Below are positions 20,156-31,600 of a DNA stretch of 64,000 nucleotides, piece by piece. The position numbers and the translations under genes were made by a program. The stretch is from NCBI GenBank assembly GCA_046482545.1, contig JAWOEX010000032.1:1-64000 (forward strand). The letters are read 5' to 3'. The DNA comes from Candidatus Thorarchaeota archaeon (GTDB lineage Archaea > Asgardarchaeota > Thorarchaeia > Thorarchaeales > Thorarchaeaceae). A model generated the notes under the pieces. That model saw only the letters and a list, made by a program, of their open reading frames with translations. It was not told the DNA's origin and did no database searches. How positions within the stretch are numbered: the first letter of the stretch is position 1; each line of letters starts with the position of its first letter.

Positions 20156-20384
20156 ACCTACTCCTCCGCGCCTCGTATGACGTAAACTTGGCGCTGCAAT
20201 ATTATTCTCTGTCTGAGTAAGTACTTATTTCTACTTACTGCGAACGTCTCCCCTTCAAGGGATTTCTTGAATACATTGATAGTGCCGTATAAAACCTTAA
20301 TAGACCTCGCCAAGGGCACTTATGGCGTAAGAACACACTCAAACCATATACGAACACCTAATTTGATATATTGAGGTTTATTCC

Positions 20385-21563
20385 ATGGCCGAAGTCCTAA
20401 CCAAGCCAAGTCGTCGCATAACAAATATGGTAGCCAAAGAGCTTCGGCTTATTGTCAAAGATAAAGTGGCGCTCTTTCTGATTTTCCTTCTTCCTGCTGC
20501 TCTTATCGGAACGCTATACTTTGTAACTGAGGAAAGCGGGATGGGAGGAACGCAGATGGATGGTGGTGAATCCGGTGAATCGGACGGTGCGGCAAACGAG
20601 ACCATATATTCCGATGTCACGTTGGGGCTCATCGATTTTGATACAACCCGTACCTATGATGGCGAAGACCTCTCAAAGAATTTGACGGCGTTCTTGCGCA
20701 ATTTCACCGGAGAACTCATTGAATACAATACTTCAGATGCCGCTTTTGACGCACTATACGAGAAAGAGATTATTGGCTATGTCGTGATACCGGATGGATT
20801 TGAGGCTAATCTTACAATTAATGAACCGACCTATGTTGAGCTGCACACAGATGCAACAGAATTGGTGGACCAGTCCACAGTTCAGGGAATCGTTCAAGGT
20901 GCGATAATCTCCTTTCGCGCATCACATATGTGGATTCAATCAGAAGTCTTCCCTTCGATGACAATGGAATTCGTCCCCGATGCTGGCTATATTGAGAGTC
21001 AGTTTGGAGGTTTTATTGTGATATTCTCCAGCTATCTTGGGATAGCCATGACTGCCGCACAGTCGATTGTAGGTGATATCCCTCTTAGAAGGATGCTTCT
21101 CACTCCAACCAATAGACTTGAAGTAATACTAGCCAAGGTGGCTGGCTATGTTGTTATCGGTTTTTTCCAATCACTATTGCTAATCACATTGTGGATTGTG
21201 GTGTTTAATCTAAATCTCAACACCGGCTTTCTAACATTAGTGTTGATTATGAGCCTAGTGTCGCTCACCGGCTCGGCTACTGGAATCTTGATATCTGCTG
21301 TTGCATCATCGCGCCTTCAAGCCAATCAGATGTTCTTGTTTGTGCTTTTTGGCACTCTGATTCTTGCGGGATTCTTCATTGATGTGGGCGCGCTAGACGA
21401 AATCCTCCCTCTGAACCAAGGATTGGACCTACTTATAAGTACAGCATTCAAGGGATTGAATATATTCGAGGTGTGGCTCCCGATTATGAAGCTACTTGGC
21501 TTTTCCCTCCTTGCTATCCTAGCAGCGACGGTAATCTTCTCCAAAAAGCCAACTCTTGGTTAG
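20385..21563 (+). CDS. ABC-2 type transporter permease
   Basis: MVAKELRLIVKDK, extracellular loop GYVVIPDGF, RMLLTP..LEVILAK, several C-terminal TM helices; GAGGT RBS. Confidence 0.9.
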   Translation: MAEVLTKPSRRITNMVAKELRLIVKDKVALFLIFLLPAALIGTLYFVTEESGMGGTQMDGGESGESDGAANETIYSDVTLGLIDFDTTRTYDGEDLSKNLTAFLRNFTGELIEYNTSDAAFDALYEKEIIGYVVIPDGFEANLTINEPTYVELHTDATELVDQSTVQGIVQGAIISFRASHMWIQSEVFPSMTMEFVPDAGYIESQFGGFIVIFSSYLGIAMTAAQSIVGDIPLRRMLLTPTNRLEVILAKVAGYVVIGFFQSLLLITLWIVVFNLNLNTGFLTLVLIMSLVSLTGSATGILISAVASSRLQANQMFLFVLFGTLILAGFFIDVGALDEILPLNQGLDLLISTAFKGLNIFEVWLPIMKLLGFSLLAILAATVIFSKKPTLG

Positions 21564-21572
21564 GTGATTTAA

Positions 21573-23252
21573 GTGACAAGTAATACAACCCGAGATACAG
21601 AGTCAAGCGAGAAGCCGTCATTCATAGAGGAGGCCTTCTTTTCTGGAGCCAGAATGAACGAAGCCTTGGATTGGTGTCTTGCCCGTAAGGATCGTGAGCT
21701 CCATTGCGAAGTGCAAGGAAATCTCACTTCTACGGATGAAAATGTACGATTCCGTGGTAGAATTCTAGATATCAAAAAAGGGGTCATTAAACGACGCCTG
21801 GCGGTTCTTGTAGAGGAAAACTTGAGTAGAGAAAGCCGTGGAGAACTTGATCAAGTTGTAACTGTAGGAGGTCAAGGTTCATCCCATGAGGATATTGCAG
21901 CTACACAACTTACTCTTCAGAACTACTTGAAGCGTAACCTTTTCGACGATTTCTTCTACGAAGGTGGCGAACTCCAGCAGCTAGTAAAGGATCTAGAGAA
22001 AGTATTGGGTAGTCAGGAGGTGACTTGCACAGTCTGGGGCGAGAGGGTTTCTGATAAGCTGCCAATTATGATTAGGGGAAGCTTAGTGGGAGCTTCCACG
22101 CAACCCGCTCCCATTCTACCTGAGGGTTTTCTTGAGGTTCGGGTTGCACCAGAAACTTCGGTTGGTGACCCGCAGATATTCCTTGTCTCTCAACCACAGT
22201 TCCTGCTCGGCCCCCGTTCGGATCCAGACCTTACTATTCTGGCCGATAAGATTTACGTACAGCCGCTTGCTTGGAAACAGGCCCCTGCCTACCGAAATGT
22301 GCTTGAAGCTAGGAACCTCACCGTTACTGTCTCGAGTGGTATGAAAATTATTGAGAATGTATCCTTCTCGATTAATGAAAGTGAGATGCTTGCCATCATC
22401 GGCGAATCGGGGGCAGGCAAATCTACCTGTATCAAGGCGTTGATTGGAGATATTCCGAGTACTGGTGTAGCTCGGATAGCAGGGATTGATTCACGGCAAA
22501 CGCGCAAGGTCCGCCATTTCTTTGGCTACTGCCCACAGGACCTTAGCTACATGTATGAGACTTTCACACCTCTTGAGAACATTATCGCATTCGGGAAACA
22601 GTATGATATTCCCGAGTGGCAGCTCATTAAACGAGGCAAAACACTACTTCGGGACTTTGGTATACTGGAGAAGGGCAACGAGCCTGTCGCGGAACTCAGT
22701 GGTGGTCAACAGCGCAGAGTCTCCATAGCTATTGCTCTAGTCCATCGGCCGAAGGTCCTTCTCATGGATGAGCCCACAAGTGGATTAGACCCCGATAACC
22801 GTTCAGACCTCTGGCACTTCTTGGATTACGTTAATCAGGAGTACGGAACCTCTATTGTTGTCGTTACACATTACCCCTCTGAAGGAGAATTCTGCGACAA
22901 GGTTGCAGTTTTCATGCGGGGTAAGAGTCTGGTGGCATTTGGCAGTCCCGCGAAACTCAAGCAATCCATGCCTTCACGCGGTTTCGCTGTCGGAGTGGTA
23001 TTGGAAGATGTGGATCCACGAGCTCGTCCTACGCTTGAAGAAGTGGAGGGTGTTAGTTTTGTTCTCCAGAGAGGAGAATTTCTTAAAGTGTTTACCGAAG
23101 ACCCATTACAAGACATTGCCGAACGGTGTGTACGCGGCCTGGAAGAGAATGATATAGCCGTAAAAATTGTCAAGACAAAATCTGTAGCCGATATGGTAGA
23201 TTATTACATCGCCATAACACGCGGACTGATTGCAGGTACAATTGAGAAGTGA
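21573..23252 (+). CDS. ABC transporter ATP-binding protein with ~240-aa N-terminal extension
   Basis: GESGAGKST, LSGGQQRR, LLMDEPTSGLD, VVTH; AGGTGA RBS. Confidence 0.9.
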   Translation: MTSNTTRDTESSEKPSFIEEAFFSGARMNEALDWCLARKDRELHCEVQGNLTSTDENVRFRGRILDIKKGVIKRRLAVLVEENLSRESRGELDQVVTVGGQGSSHEDIAATQLTLQNYLKRNLFDDFFYEGGELQQLVKDLEKVLGSQEVTCTVWGERVSDKLPIMIRGSLVGASTQPAPILPEGFLEVRVAPETSVGDPQIFLVSQPQFLLGPRSDPDLTILADKIYVQPLAWKQAPAYRNVLEARNLTVTVSSGMKIIENVSFSINESEMLAIIGESGAGKSTCIKALIGDIPSTGVARIAGIDSRQTRKVRHFFGYCPQDLSYMYETFTPLENIIAFGKQYDIPEWQLIKRGKTLLRDFGILEKGNEPVAELSGGQQRRVSIAIALVHRPKVLLMDEPTSGLDPDNRSDLWHFLDYVNQEYGTSIVVVTHYPSEGEFCDKVAVFMRGKSLVAFGSPAKLKQSMPSRGFAVGVVLEDVDPRARPTLEEVEGVSFVLQRGEFLKVFTEDPLQDIAERCVRGLEENDIAVKIVKTKSVADMVDYYIAITRGLIAGTIEK

Positions 23253-23256
23253 TGAG

Positions 23257-26200
23257 ATGGTTCAGTATAGCAACAAGATTTCAAGCATGTCCAGAATCTT
23301 GGCCCTTTTCATGCTGGCCTTTTTGATATTCTCAGCTCTTACTACCGCTGTTAACATACCCGCTCCAAGCAGTGAACCAATCGATGAATCAGTCAAGATT
23401 CAAGGGGATTTGCTGAATCAAACTGATAGCGAGGACCGACTGGATGTTCTCGTACAGTATGATACCGATGCAAGTAAGTACAAGGCTGCTCAAGCGATTA
23501 AGCTGGTTGATTCACAAGCTCAAATTGTGAGATCCTTCGAAGATTTGGGCCTTCTACGCGTGAGACTGATTGGAAGTGCCATTAAGCAATTATCGAAAAA
23601 TGACATAATAACGAAGATTTGGTCCAATGAACCACAGGAGTTGACGGATAACTCTAGTTTCAGCAGTACCCCATCTAGTTCTGAATACATGTCGCCTGTT
23701 AACGTAACTCATGCCGGAGAGATGTGGGAAGAAGGGTACAATGGTTCTGGAGTTGTCATTGCTGTACTGGATACAGGAGTCAATTTTATGCATCCTGACC
23801 TTGATGATTTTGACGATAACGATACAACCCAAGACAGCAAAGTAACCGCATATGCTTCATTCGTTGAAGGGGACTCACTACCCATTGACCTGATTGGCCA
23901 TGGGACCTACGCGGCTTCGGTCGCAGCGGGTACCGGGAACGCCTCCGACGGACTGTATGCAGGTATTGCGCCAGGTGCCACTCTGATTTCTGCAAAAGTG
24001 ACTCTTGGTGGTCTTCTGGCATCACCCAGCTGGATTGTTTCCGGTGTTGAATGGGCAGTCAGCAGAGGTGCGGATATCATTCTGATGCCTTTCAACACCC
24101 TTGGCTCTCCTGGTGATGCAGTCGATTTGGCCCTTCAAAAGGCGGCAGATATGGGCCTCCTTGTTGTTGCTGCAGCAGGTGACGATGGCCCGGATTATCT
24201 CACCGTTATGTCGCCAGGTGGATCACAGGCGGCACTTACTGTAGGAGCCTACGATACCAAGAAGCAAGAAATTCCCGATTTTTCAGGTAGAGGCCCTTCT
24301 TTTGGAATGTTTACAAAACCAGATTTAGTAGCACTTGGCATGGGTGTTGTTGGTGCAAGAGCTGATGCTGCTGCGAGCGCGGCAGGATTTGAGTCACTTA
24401 GTACTGCTGAACTTGGAGGCGTATCTTCACTGCTTGGTGGAGACTTTGGGGAAGAGGTCGATGAAAATTATATTAGAGCTGACTCAACCGCAGCCTCATC
24501 GGCTATAGTTGCAGGAGCGGCTGCAATCCTCCTCCAAGCCTTTGACCGAGCTACTCCAATAGCTATGGCAAATGTACTCAGAGACACAGCTACCGAGCTG
24601 GATTGTGGTGTAAATGATGGTGGTGCTGGTGTACTCAATCTACCGGCTGCCTTTGATTATTTGAGCAGAAAACAGCAACCGGGTCAGGCTCAGAACCGCA
24701 CAACGGGCTCACCTTTGCTTGCCACCGGGTTACTCACCGCAGCAGCGGAGGACGTGTCAACCACTCTGCTAATGAGTAGCTTTGGTACTTCTATGGTTGC
24801 CGTTGACGATAGGGGTGAGTCAAGCTCTAGTATCCACCAGCTAATGGGGATGCTCTGGTTAAGATGGAATGATAATGACCCAATGCGTCTAATGCAATTC
24901 CAAGTGAAGAGAGAGATGCACCAAGTTGCCACAGAATCCGATCAGAGTAATTACAATCGATGGATTGGAATCCTTTCTTATGACGATACTCTCTATATGG
25001 CTCTGATGGTTGAGTCTTACAATTTTACTGAGACAACCTCAGATCCAATCATTGGTTTCAGACTTACTCCACATATTATCAATCTCGGCCATGAACCAAT
25101 TGAGAATGTGAGTCTATTCATGTCTTACTCGCTCGATTTGTTTTCCGACGGTCTTGATGATCACGGGAAGTACGACTTGTTGCGAGACCAGATATTTGCC
25201 TACGGTATCTCCGAAAATCACAAAGACTACTATTTTGGACTTAATGCAAGTAAGAAGCTTTCCGCATTTGAAGTAGGCAACTCCTCAGATATTGATTCGC
25301 ACATCTCAGACGACAATTTGACGGGTTCCACTCAATTTGATGGCTCGGTTGGGCTCGGAATGAAATGGGCTTTCGGTAATCTTTCATTCAATAGCCCTAA
25401 GAATGTCACTATAGCAATGGGATTTGCTGAGAACCGCACTTTCCTAGATGACTCTATTGACAGAATGTGGACTGCTGAACCACCAGCGCTTCAATCTGGT
25501 CAGGGCGATTTGATAGTTGTTGAGGCCAGCATTCCGCGGACCACCCAGGGGGGTTTAACGTACGAGTCGAGCGCAGTCGTCATGAATATAGGTCTTGAGC
25601 CTTCTGAGATGGTAGCGGCAATGGTAATCCTAGAAGGCGGAGGCGAAACTGGGACCGTCTTCAGCAAGTACTTCAGCTACGATGAAATCGATCCATTCAC
25701 TGCAAAATCTCTGTCTGCTCAATGGAATCCGGAGAAGGAGGGAATGAGATCTGCGGCATGGGTAGTTTCAGTTGGGCTTGAGTATGCTCTTGCATTAGTG
25801 ACAGACCCCTCCGGCCAGATTTCAAGCACTGGGGTAAGTCTTCTTGATGATTTCTTGATTAGAGACATATTCGTTGAGGCACCGATTCAGTCCACGTCGG
25901 TGTTTCCCAAACGTCTTCCTTCTTCGCCTTTCGATATTCGATTTCCAGCTGATTTCAGTCTTTGTACAGTTTCTCTGACCAGTACAGTACCTCTTGGCAA
26001 TGTGTCTGTGACAGGCTATGGAAATGCCAGTGATTGGGGGGACGCAAGCTTACCGGAAAGCAAGAACGTTGAGGGTTACTACAACTTCTCTCTCTTTCTC
26101 CTTGCTCCTGCCATAATGATGGATGGTTATCATAGGTGTGACTATGTTGTGGAGGCTGAGACAGGTTGGTCACAGAATACGACAATGGAGACCATAATTC

Positions 26201-27639
26201 AATATCCCAAAGCGATGATGCTCTTTGACACTTCCCATGGCGGAGGATTTTCTTTGGGCGGGGGACTAGGAGGAGGCCTAGGAGGGTCTACTGACATGAA
26301 CATGGGAAACGGTATGAGTTTCCCCTTGGCGCAGGAATCGAATAACGATGGAGAGGGGGCTACTGGCATCAGTATTGGCGGCCTAGGTGGTCTTGGCGAT
26401 ATTGACGAACTAATGGCAGAAATTCGAATGACCACCTTTTCAGGATTCTCGAGCATGGATGAACAGATGGCCCAGCAGGGTCTCGACTTGGTTGAAACTC
26501 CCGGTATGGAACTTGATGCTGACCTACTCACACAGTTTGCTGCTTTAGTAGTCGTTGCTCCCTCTGAAGGCTTCAATTCTACCGAAATCTCTCTTCTACG
26601 GAATTTCACAGCTGACGGAGGTAAACTCCTCATCTTCGGGGATCATGAAGACCGTAACAACATGACCGGTCTCAATTCACTTCTTGAACCATACGGATAT
26701 TCCTTGGCCGGGAAGCATACCAGCGAAAACACAACTGAGATAATCTCTCGTTCTCCTTTATCCACTAATGTTGAGAGCATATATCTCGGGGAGGGTGCAT
26801 TCATTGAGAACAATCATTCACTGGCGGCAGCAACAGTTGGTGGTCGTCCAGTTATTCTCCTTGATAGTTCTCCACCTGAGCTTGCTCTTTTCGGGTCTTC
26901 TCGAATTTTCATGAATAAGAATCTGAAAAAGAACAACAACACACTTCTTCTTGGCAATCTTAACGAGTATCTACTGAAGGATACTCTAACGGGAGTTGCG
27001 AGCTTATCTGAGAATCGTACATCGTATCCAACTGGCAAGAGCGTTTACTTGAATCTCCACCTAACTAACCATGAAGGCGAACCCGTAAATGATTTGACAG
27101 TAGCTGTAGCATTTGAACTACCGAATGGATCCTTTGCATATTTCATTGCGGGTTTTGTCGGTGATGGACTATACTCTTCGCAGTTCACGCCCAACTACTG
27201 GCATTCTGATGGAAGAATCAACGCCATTTTCATTATTCTAGGTGATGAATATGCGACAACATATGCCAGTACGAGCTTTACTCTCTATGAGGAAACCGGG
27301 ACCCCACCAGCAAATGGAGGAGAAGACCTGTTGACTCTGCCCCAGTTTGCTCTGCTCGTATCTACTGGCATTTTCGGTAGTTTATTAGTATTTCTTGGGA
27401 CCAACAGGATGCGCAGAAGAAAGCGTATGAGAATACCCGAAGTCGATCCCGAACTGACCCGTCGTGTTGATACAGCTCTGAACACGCTTTTAGCTGTCTT
27501 CAGACAGATGGAAGATATAATCCAACGTGAAGACTTGGATCGAATAGAGAAAATTGAATCCTTACGTGGTTTGAAGGATAGCCTTGAAGAAGCAGAAGAA
27601 CTTTTCGAAGAAGTTAGCGATAGGATTGGGGGTGTGTGA
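23257..27639 (+). CDS. Membrane-anchored S8 subtilase-like protein (catalytic Ser replaced by Ala) with GIFT/GldG-like domain, TM helix and cytoplasmic coiled-coil tail
   Basis: Signal peptide, I9-like prodomain, VLDTG, GHGTYAAS, FSGRGP, KPDLVA, DSTAASSAIVAG; LFDTSH..VVAPSEGFNSTEISLLRNFTADGGKLLIFGD; TM then RMRRRKRMR. Confidence 0.85.
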   Translation: MVQYSNKISSMSRILALFMLAFLIFSALTTAVNIPAPSSEPIDESVKIQGDLLNQTDSEDRLDVLVQYDTDASKYKAAQAIKLVDSQAQIVRSFEDLGLLRVRLIGSAIKQLSKNDIITKIWSNEPQELTDNSSFSSTPSSSEYMSPVNVTHAGEMWEEGYNGSGVVIAVLDTGVNFMHPDLDDFDDNDTTQDSKVTAYASFVEGDSLPIDLIGHGTYAASVAAGTGNASDGLYAGIAPGATLISAKVTLGGLLASPSWIVSGVEWAVSRGADIILMPFNTLGSPGDAVDLALQKAADMGLLVVAAAGDDGPDYLTVMSPGGSQAALTVGAYDTKKQEIPDFSGRGPSFGMFTKPDLVALGMGVVGARADAAASAAGFESLSTAELGGVSSLLGGDFGEEVDENYIRADSTAASSAIVAGAAAILLQAFDRATPIAMANVLRDTATELDCGVNDGGAGVLNLPAAFDYLSRKQQPGQAQNRTTGSPLLATGLLTAAAEDVSTTLLMSSFGTSMVAVDDRGESSSSIHQLMGMLWLRWNDNDPMRLMQFQVKREMHQVATESDQSNYNRWIGILSYDDTLYMALMVESYNFTETTSDPIIGFRLTPHIINLGHEPIENVSLFMSYSLDLFSDGLDDHGKYDLLRDQIFAYGISENHKDYYFGLNASKKLSAFEVGNSSDIDSHISDDNLTGSTQFDGSVGLGMKWAFGNLSFNSPKNVTIAMGFAENRTFLDDSIDRMWTAEPPALQSGQGDLIVVEASIPRTTQGGLTYESSAVVMNIGLEPSEMVAAMVILEGGGETGTVFSKYFSYDEIDPFTAKSLSAQWNPEKEGMRSAAWVVSVGLEYALALVTDPSGQISSTGVSLLDDFLIRDIFVEAPIQSTSVFPKRLPSSPFDIRFPADFSLCTVSLTSTVPLGNVSVTGYGNASDWGDASLPESKNVEGYYNFSLFLLAPAIMMDGYHRCDYVVEAETGWSQNTTMETIIQYPKAMMLFDTSHGGGFSLGGGLGGGLGGSTDMNMGNGMSFPLAQESNNDGEGATGISIGGLGGLGDIDELMAEIRMTTFSGFSSMDEQMAQQGLDLVETPGMELDADLLTQFAALVVVAPSEGFNSTEISLLRNFTADGGKLLIFGDHEDRNNMTGLNSLLEPYGYSLAGKHTSENTTEIISRSPLSTNVESIYLGEGAFIENNHSLAAATVGGRPVILLDSSPPELALFGSSRIFMNKNLKKNNNTLLLGNLNEYLLKDTLTGVASLSENRTSYPTGKSVYLNLHLTNHEGEPVNDLTVAVAFELPNGSFAYFIAGFVGDGLYSSQFTPNYWHSDGRINAIFIILGDEYATTYASTSFTLYEETGTPPANGGEDLLTLPQFALLVSTGIFGSLLVFLGTNRMRRRKRMRIPEVDPELTRRVDTALNTLLAVFRQMEDIIQREDLDRIEKIESLRGLKDSLEEAEELFEEVSDRIGGV

Positions 27640-27640
27640 A

Positions 27641-28615
27641 TTGACCTCAGATGAGAAAGAAATAGTAGTTGAAAATCTGAAAGTTGCATTTGGGGATTTC
27701 TACGCCCTCAAAGGTGTTTCATTTTTCGCTAACAAAGCTGAATTTCTGGGCATTATTGGTGCATCAGGGGCAGGCAAAACCACCGTCTTGAGAGTGCTAA
27801 CTGGGCAGCTGGAACCAACCGGCGGCAAAGCCTTTCTAGGGGGTTATGATGTTACTGAGAGAATTGAACTGATTAGTCTCTTAGTGGGATATGTACCTCA
27901 AATAGAACACCTGAGTTTGTACTACGATTTCACGCCTTTAGAAAATGCTCAGTTCTTCGGTCGATGTTTTGGGATGAAACCAGCAGAGATCGAAGATAAG
28001 GCCCGTAAGATTCTACGCATTCTGGGATTTGATGAGGAGCTCATAACCAAGCGGGTAAAGCATCTATCAGGTGGAGAACGCAAGCGGGTTTCGATTTGTC
28101 TTGGTATGATTCATGAGCCCCCGGTGTTATTACTCGACGAACCGACCACAGGTCTTGATGCACACTTGCGGCATGAGACTCTAAACTATCTGAAGGAACT
28201 CAATTTCGAACTAGGTACCACGATGGCTATCATCAGTCATGATTTGGAAATTGTTGATTATTGTACTCGGGTATGCCTCTTGGAAGATGGGTATGTAAGT
28301 CGTTTTGGTACTCCAGATGAACTGATTTCTAGCTTACCGGGGGAGGGTGAAAGCCTTCAAGTCGTCTTCCCCTCGATGTCTTCAGCAATCAGAGACCGTG
28401 CTAAATCCATTGAGGGTGTCCAGTATATAGCCCGGACAGGTCGAAATACGCTGAAGCTATTCATAGATGAACCTAAGACTCACATGCTAGATGTTGTCCA
28501 TAGCTTGAATGAAATGGACGTGCCCTTCGAAGAAGTTTCTGTGGTCGAAGCAGACTTTTTTGATTTCTTTAACGTGAAGCCTTGGAAAGAAACCGAGGCA
28601 GGAGGAAGTGTTTGA
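27641..28615 (+). CDS. ABC transporter ATP-binding protein
   Basis: [33 protein letters not shown]; TTG27641 after GGGGTG preferred over 27584. Confidence 0.92.
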   Translation: MTSDEKEIVVENLKVAFGDFYALKGVSFFANKAEFLGIIGASGAGKTTVLRVLTGQLEPTGGKAFLGGYDVTERIELISLLVGYVPQIEHLSLYYDFTPLENAQFFGRCFGMKPAEIEDKARKILRILGFDEELITKRVKHLSGGERKRVSICLGMIHEPPVLLLDEPTTGLDAHLRHETLNYLKELNFELGTTMAIISHDLEIVDYCTRVCLLEDGYVSRFGTPDELISSLPGEGESLQVVFPSMSSAIRDRAKSIEGVQYIARTGRNTLKLFIDEPKTHMLDVVHSLNEMDVPFEEVSVVEADFFDFFNVKPWKETEAGGSV

Positions 28616-31600
28616 TGCGAACCAGATATTTTGTTGGTGGAGCTGTTGTAGCTGTTGCAGCGCTGTTGTTTCTTTCAGCTCCCATTGGTGATGGCATTTC
28701 GCCCATGACTGGATTTCCAGTACAAGACAGGTCTACTGCGCCCGCCGACTTGGGACCGATTGAGACAGCTCTTGTATGGTCGAATACAACAGATGATTCA
28801 ATTCTTGATATGACGGTAAGCAATTTCGATGGCGATTCAAACGACGAAGTTGCGGTTCTCACTGAAAATCGCCTCTCTCTCTTTCAGGAAAATGGATCTG
28901 AGCAATGGAGTTTGAGTATTAGCTCAACACCATACGCGCTAACCCAGCTCCAATCAGATACTCATGTTGCGCAAGAAATCGTCGTTGGAACCAACAATGG
29001 ATTCATTGTTGTGGCGGGAAACAAGACAGTTTTAGCAAATGTCACACTCCCGGATGATACAAGAGCCGTCCTAGGAGCTGATCTTGATGGCAATAATCTG
29101 GATTCGATTATTGCTGGCTGTGATGATGGCTTGGTCTATGCTTATGACATCAATGGAACTCAGCTATGGAATTACACAAGCACCAGCTCGATTCGATTGC
29201 TGACGGCAAAGGATATTGAACCGGATGGCCGCGAGGAGCTTCTTGGTTCAAACTTAGGCAATGAATTGTTCCTATTACATGAGAATGGAACTCCCATTTT
29301 CTCAAAGACTGCGAGTCAAGCGATTACCACGGTGGAGCTAACCGATTTGGCCGGAAACGGCAGCCTTGAAGTGATATATGGTGACAGTGGCGGCAAGCTC
29401 AGGGGCTGTTGGAACAATGGAAGCGCATTGGTGAATAGGACCTTCACTGACTCAATAGAATCGATGCACACTGGTGATTTAGATAATGATGGCTTGACAG
29501 AAGTTACAATCGGCACTGCTGGTAACGAACTGTATACACTCAATTCAACGCTAGATACTATTTGGAACAAGACGCTGAGTAACGCGGTAGTTTCATTACT
29601 TTTGGCGAACATTGATGGCTCAACAACTGAAGAGGTAGTGGCGGGCGTCGATGGCGGCTCAATTGTGATTTACAATGGCACGGGATACGAGATTTCAGCC
29701 ACAGACTTTGCCGCATTCTCGGGGGTATTGGATGCCGGAGATTTGGATGGCAATTCGAAGTATGAATTTGCAGTTGGGAGCGATGCTGGCGAGCTGAGTG
29801 TTTATGGTGTTGACTCCGATGGTGATGGATTGGCGGATGCTCGTGAGAATCTTATTGAAGGTACCGACCCAAATGACCCTGACACAGATGATGACAAGCT
29901 CAATGATGGAGAAGAGGTTCTTGAGTATGGAACTGATCCAAATGACCCCGATACAGATGGGGATGGATTATCTGACTTCCAAGAAGTCGTGACGTATGAA
30001 ACTGACCCTAACGATGTCGATTCAGATTCAGATGGGCTTACTGACTGGCAGGAGATTTACCTTGGTACAGACCCGAATCAAGCGGACACAGATGGTGATG
30101 GGCTTACCGATTATGAAGAGAACAATGTGACAAATACTGATCCAACGCTTTCAGATACAGATGGTGATGGAATCAACGATGCCGAAGATGACAACGATGG
30201 TGATGGTCTAACCAATATCCAAGAGGTGCGCCAGACTGAGACTGACCCAAATGATGTTGATAGCGACAATGACGGTATATCGGATTATTATGATGATGAA
30301 GACGGCGATGGATTGACAAACTGGAAAGAACTACAGGTTGGTTCGGATCCCCTTGATGAAGATACGGATGGTGATGGTCTTCTGGATGGTCCCGAAGTCA
30401 AACAATGGAAAACTTCACCTACTAACCCGGATACAGATGATGATGGTCTGAGTGACTGGGAAGAGGTTATGGTTGTGGGATCAAATCCAAGAGAGGCCGA
30501 TACAGATGGTGATGGTTTGAATGACTACGATGAATACTATACCTACGGCACAAATGCATCCGCAGCTGATACTGATTCGGATGGACTGGACGATTACGAA
30601 GAAATCCATGTGTATAATACCAATGCCACCAATCCCGATAGTGATGGCGATACCCTCACAGATGGTGAAGAAGTGAATACTTGGGGGACTGATCCAAACA
30701 GCAACGACACTGATTTGGATGGTCTCAACGACTACGACGAAATTTATGTTTATGGCACCGATCCCACACTAACGGATACCGATGGAGATTCCTTAGATGA
30801 CGGACTTGAAGTTCTCACCTACGGTACCGATGCCACGCTACAGGATACAGACGGCGATGGTCTACTAGACCCAGATGAGATTGAGTATTGGAATGCTAGC
30901 GTTGCAAAAAATCCCAACTTCTTCGATGCGGAAACAAACGACTATGAGTTTGACTACGATGGCGATGGTCTTTGGAACGGTCATGAAATATACCTAACCC
31001 GTACTGATCCCACTCGGGTTGACTCGGATGATGATGGAATTGATGATGGGGATGAAGACTCAGATCTTGACGGTCTCAGCAACTATTACGAATTGTATGA
31101 ATCGGCCACCGATCCTCGCGACCCTGATACTGATGATGATGGTGTAAAAGATGGTGATGAAATATGGTATCTCGGAACCGATCCGAACGATCCTGATAGT
31201 GATGACGATTCAGTATCCGATTACGATGAAGATTTAGATGGTGATGGACTAAGTAACGGTATTGAACTCTATGTGACACATACCCTTCCGAACGACACAG
31301 ACAGCAATGGTAACGGGATTTCCGATTATAACGATGATGAGGATTCCGACAATCTCCCCAATTGGTTTGAAGTCGAAATGACCGGCACCGATCCACTCTA
31401 CAACGACACGGATGATGATGGTATTCTCGACTGGGAAGAGGATCCTGATGGAGACGGGCTGACCAATCTAGAGGAATTCAATTGGAATACCGACCCCCTT
31501 TCTAATGATACTGATTCAGATGGGCTTACAGATGCAGAAGAAGTATATCTAGTCCTGACAGATCCAAATGATCCCGACACCGATGATGATGGTATTCTGG

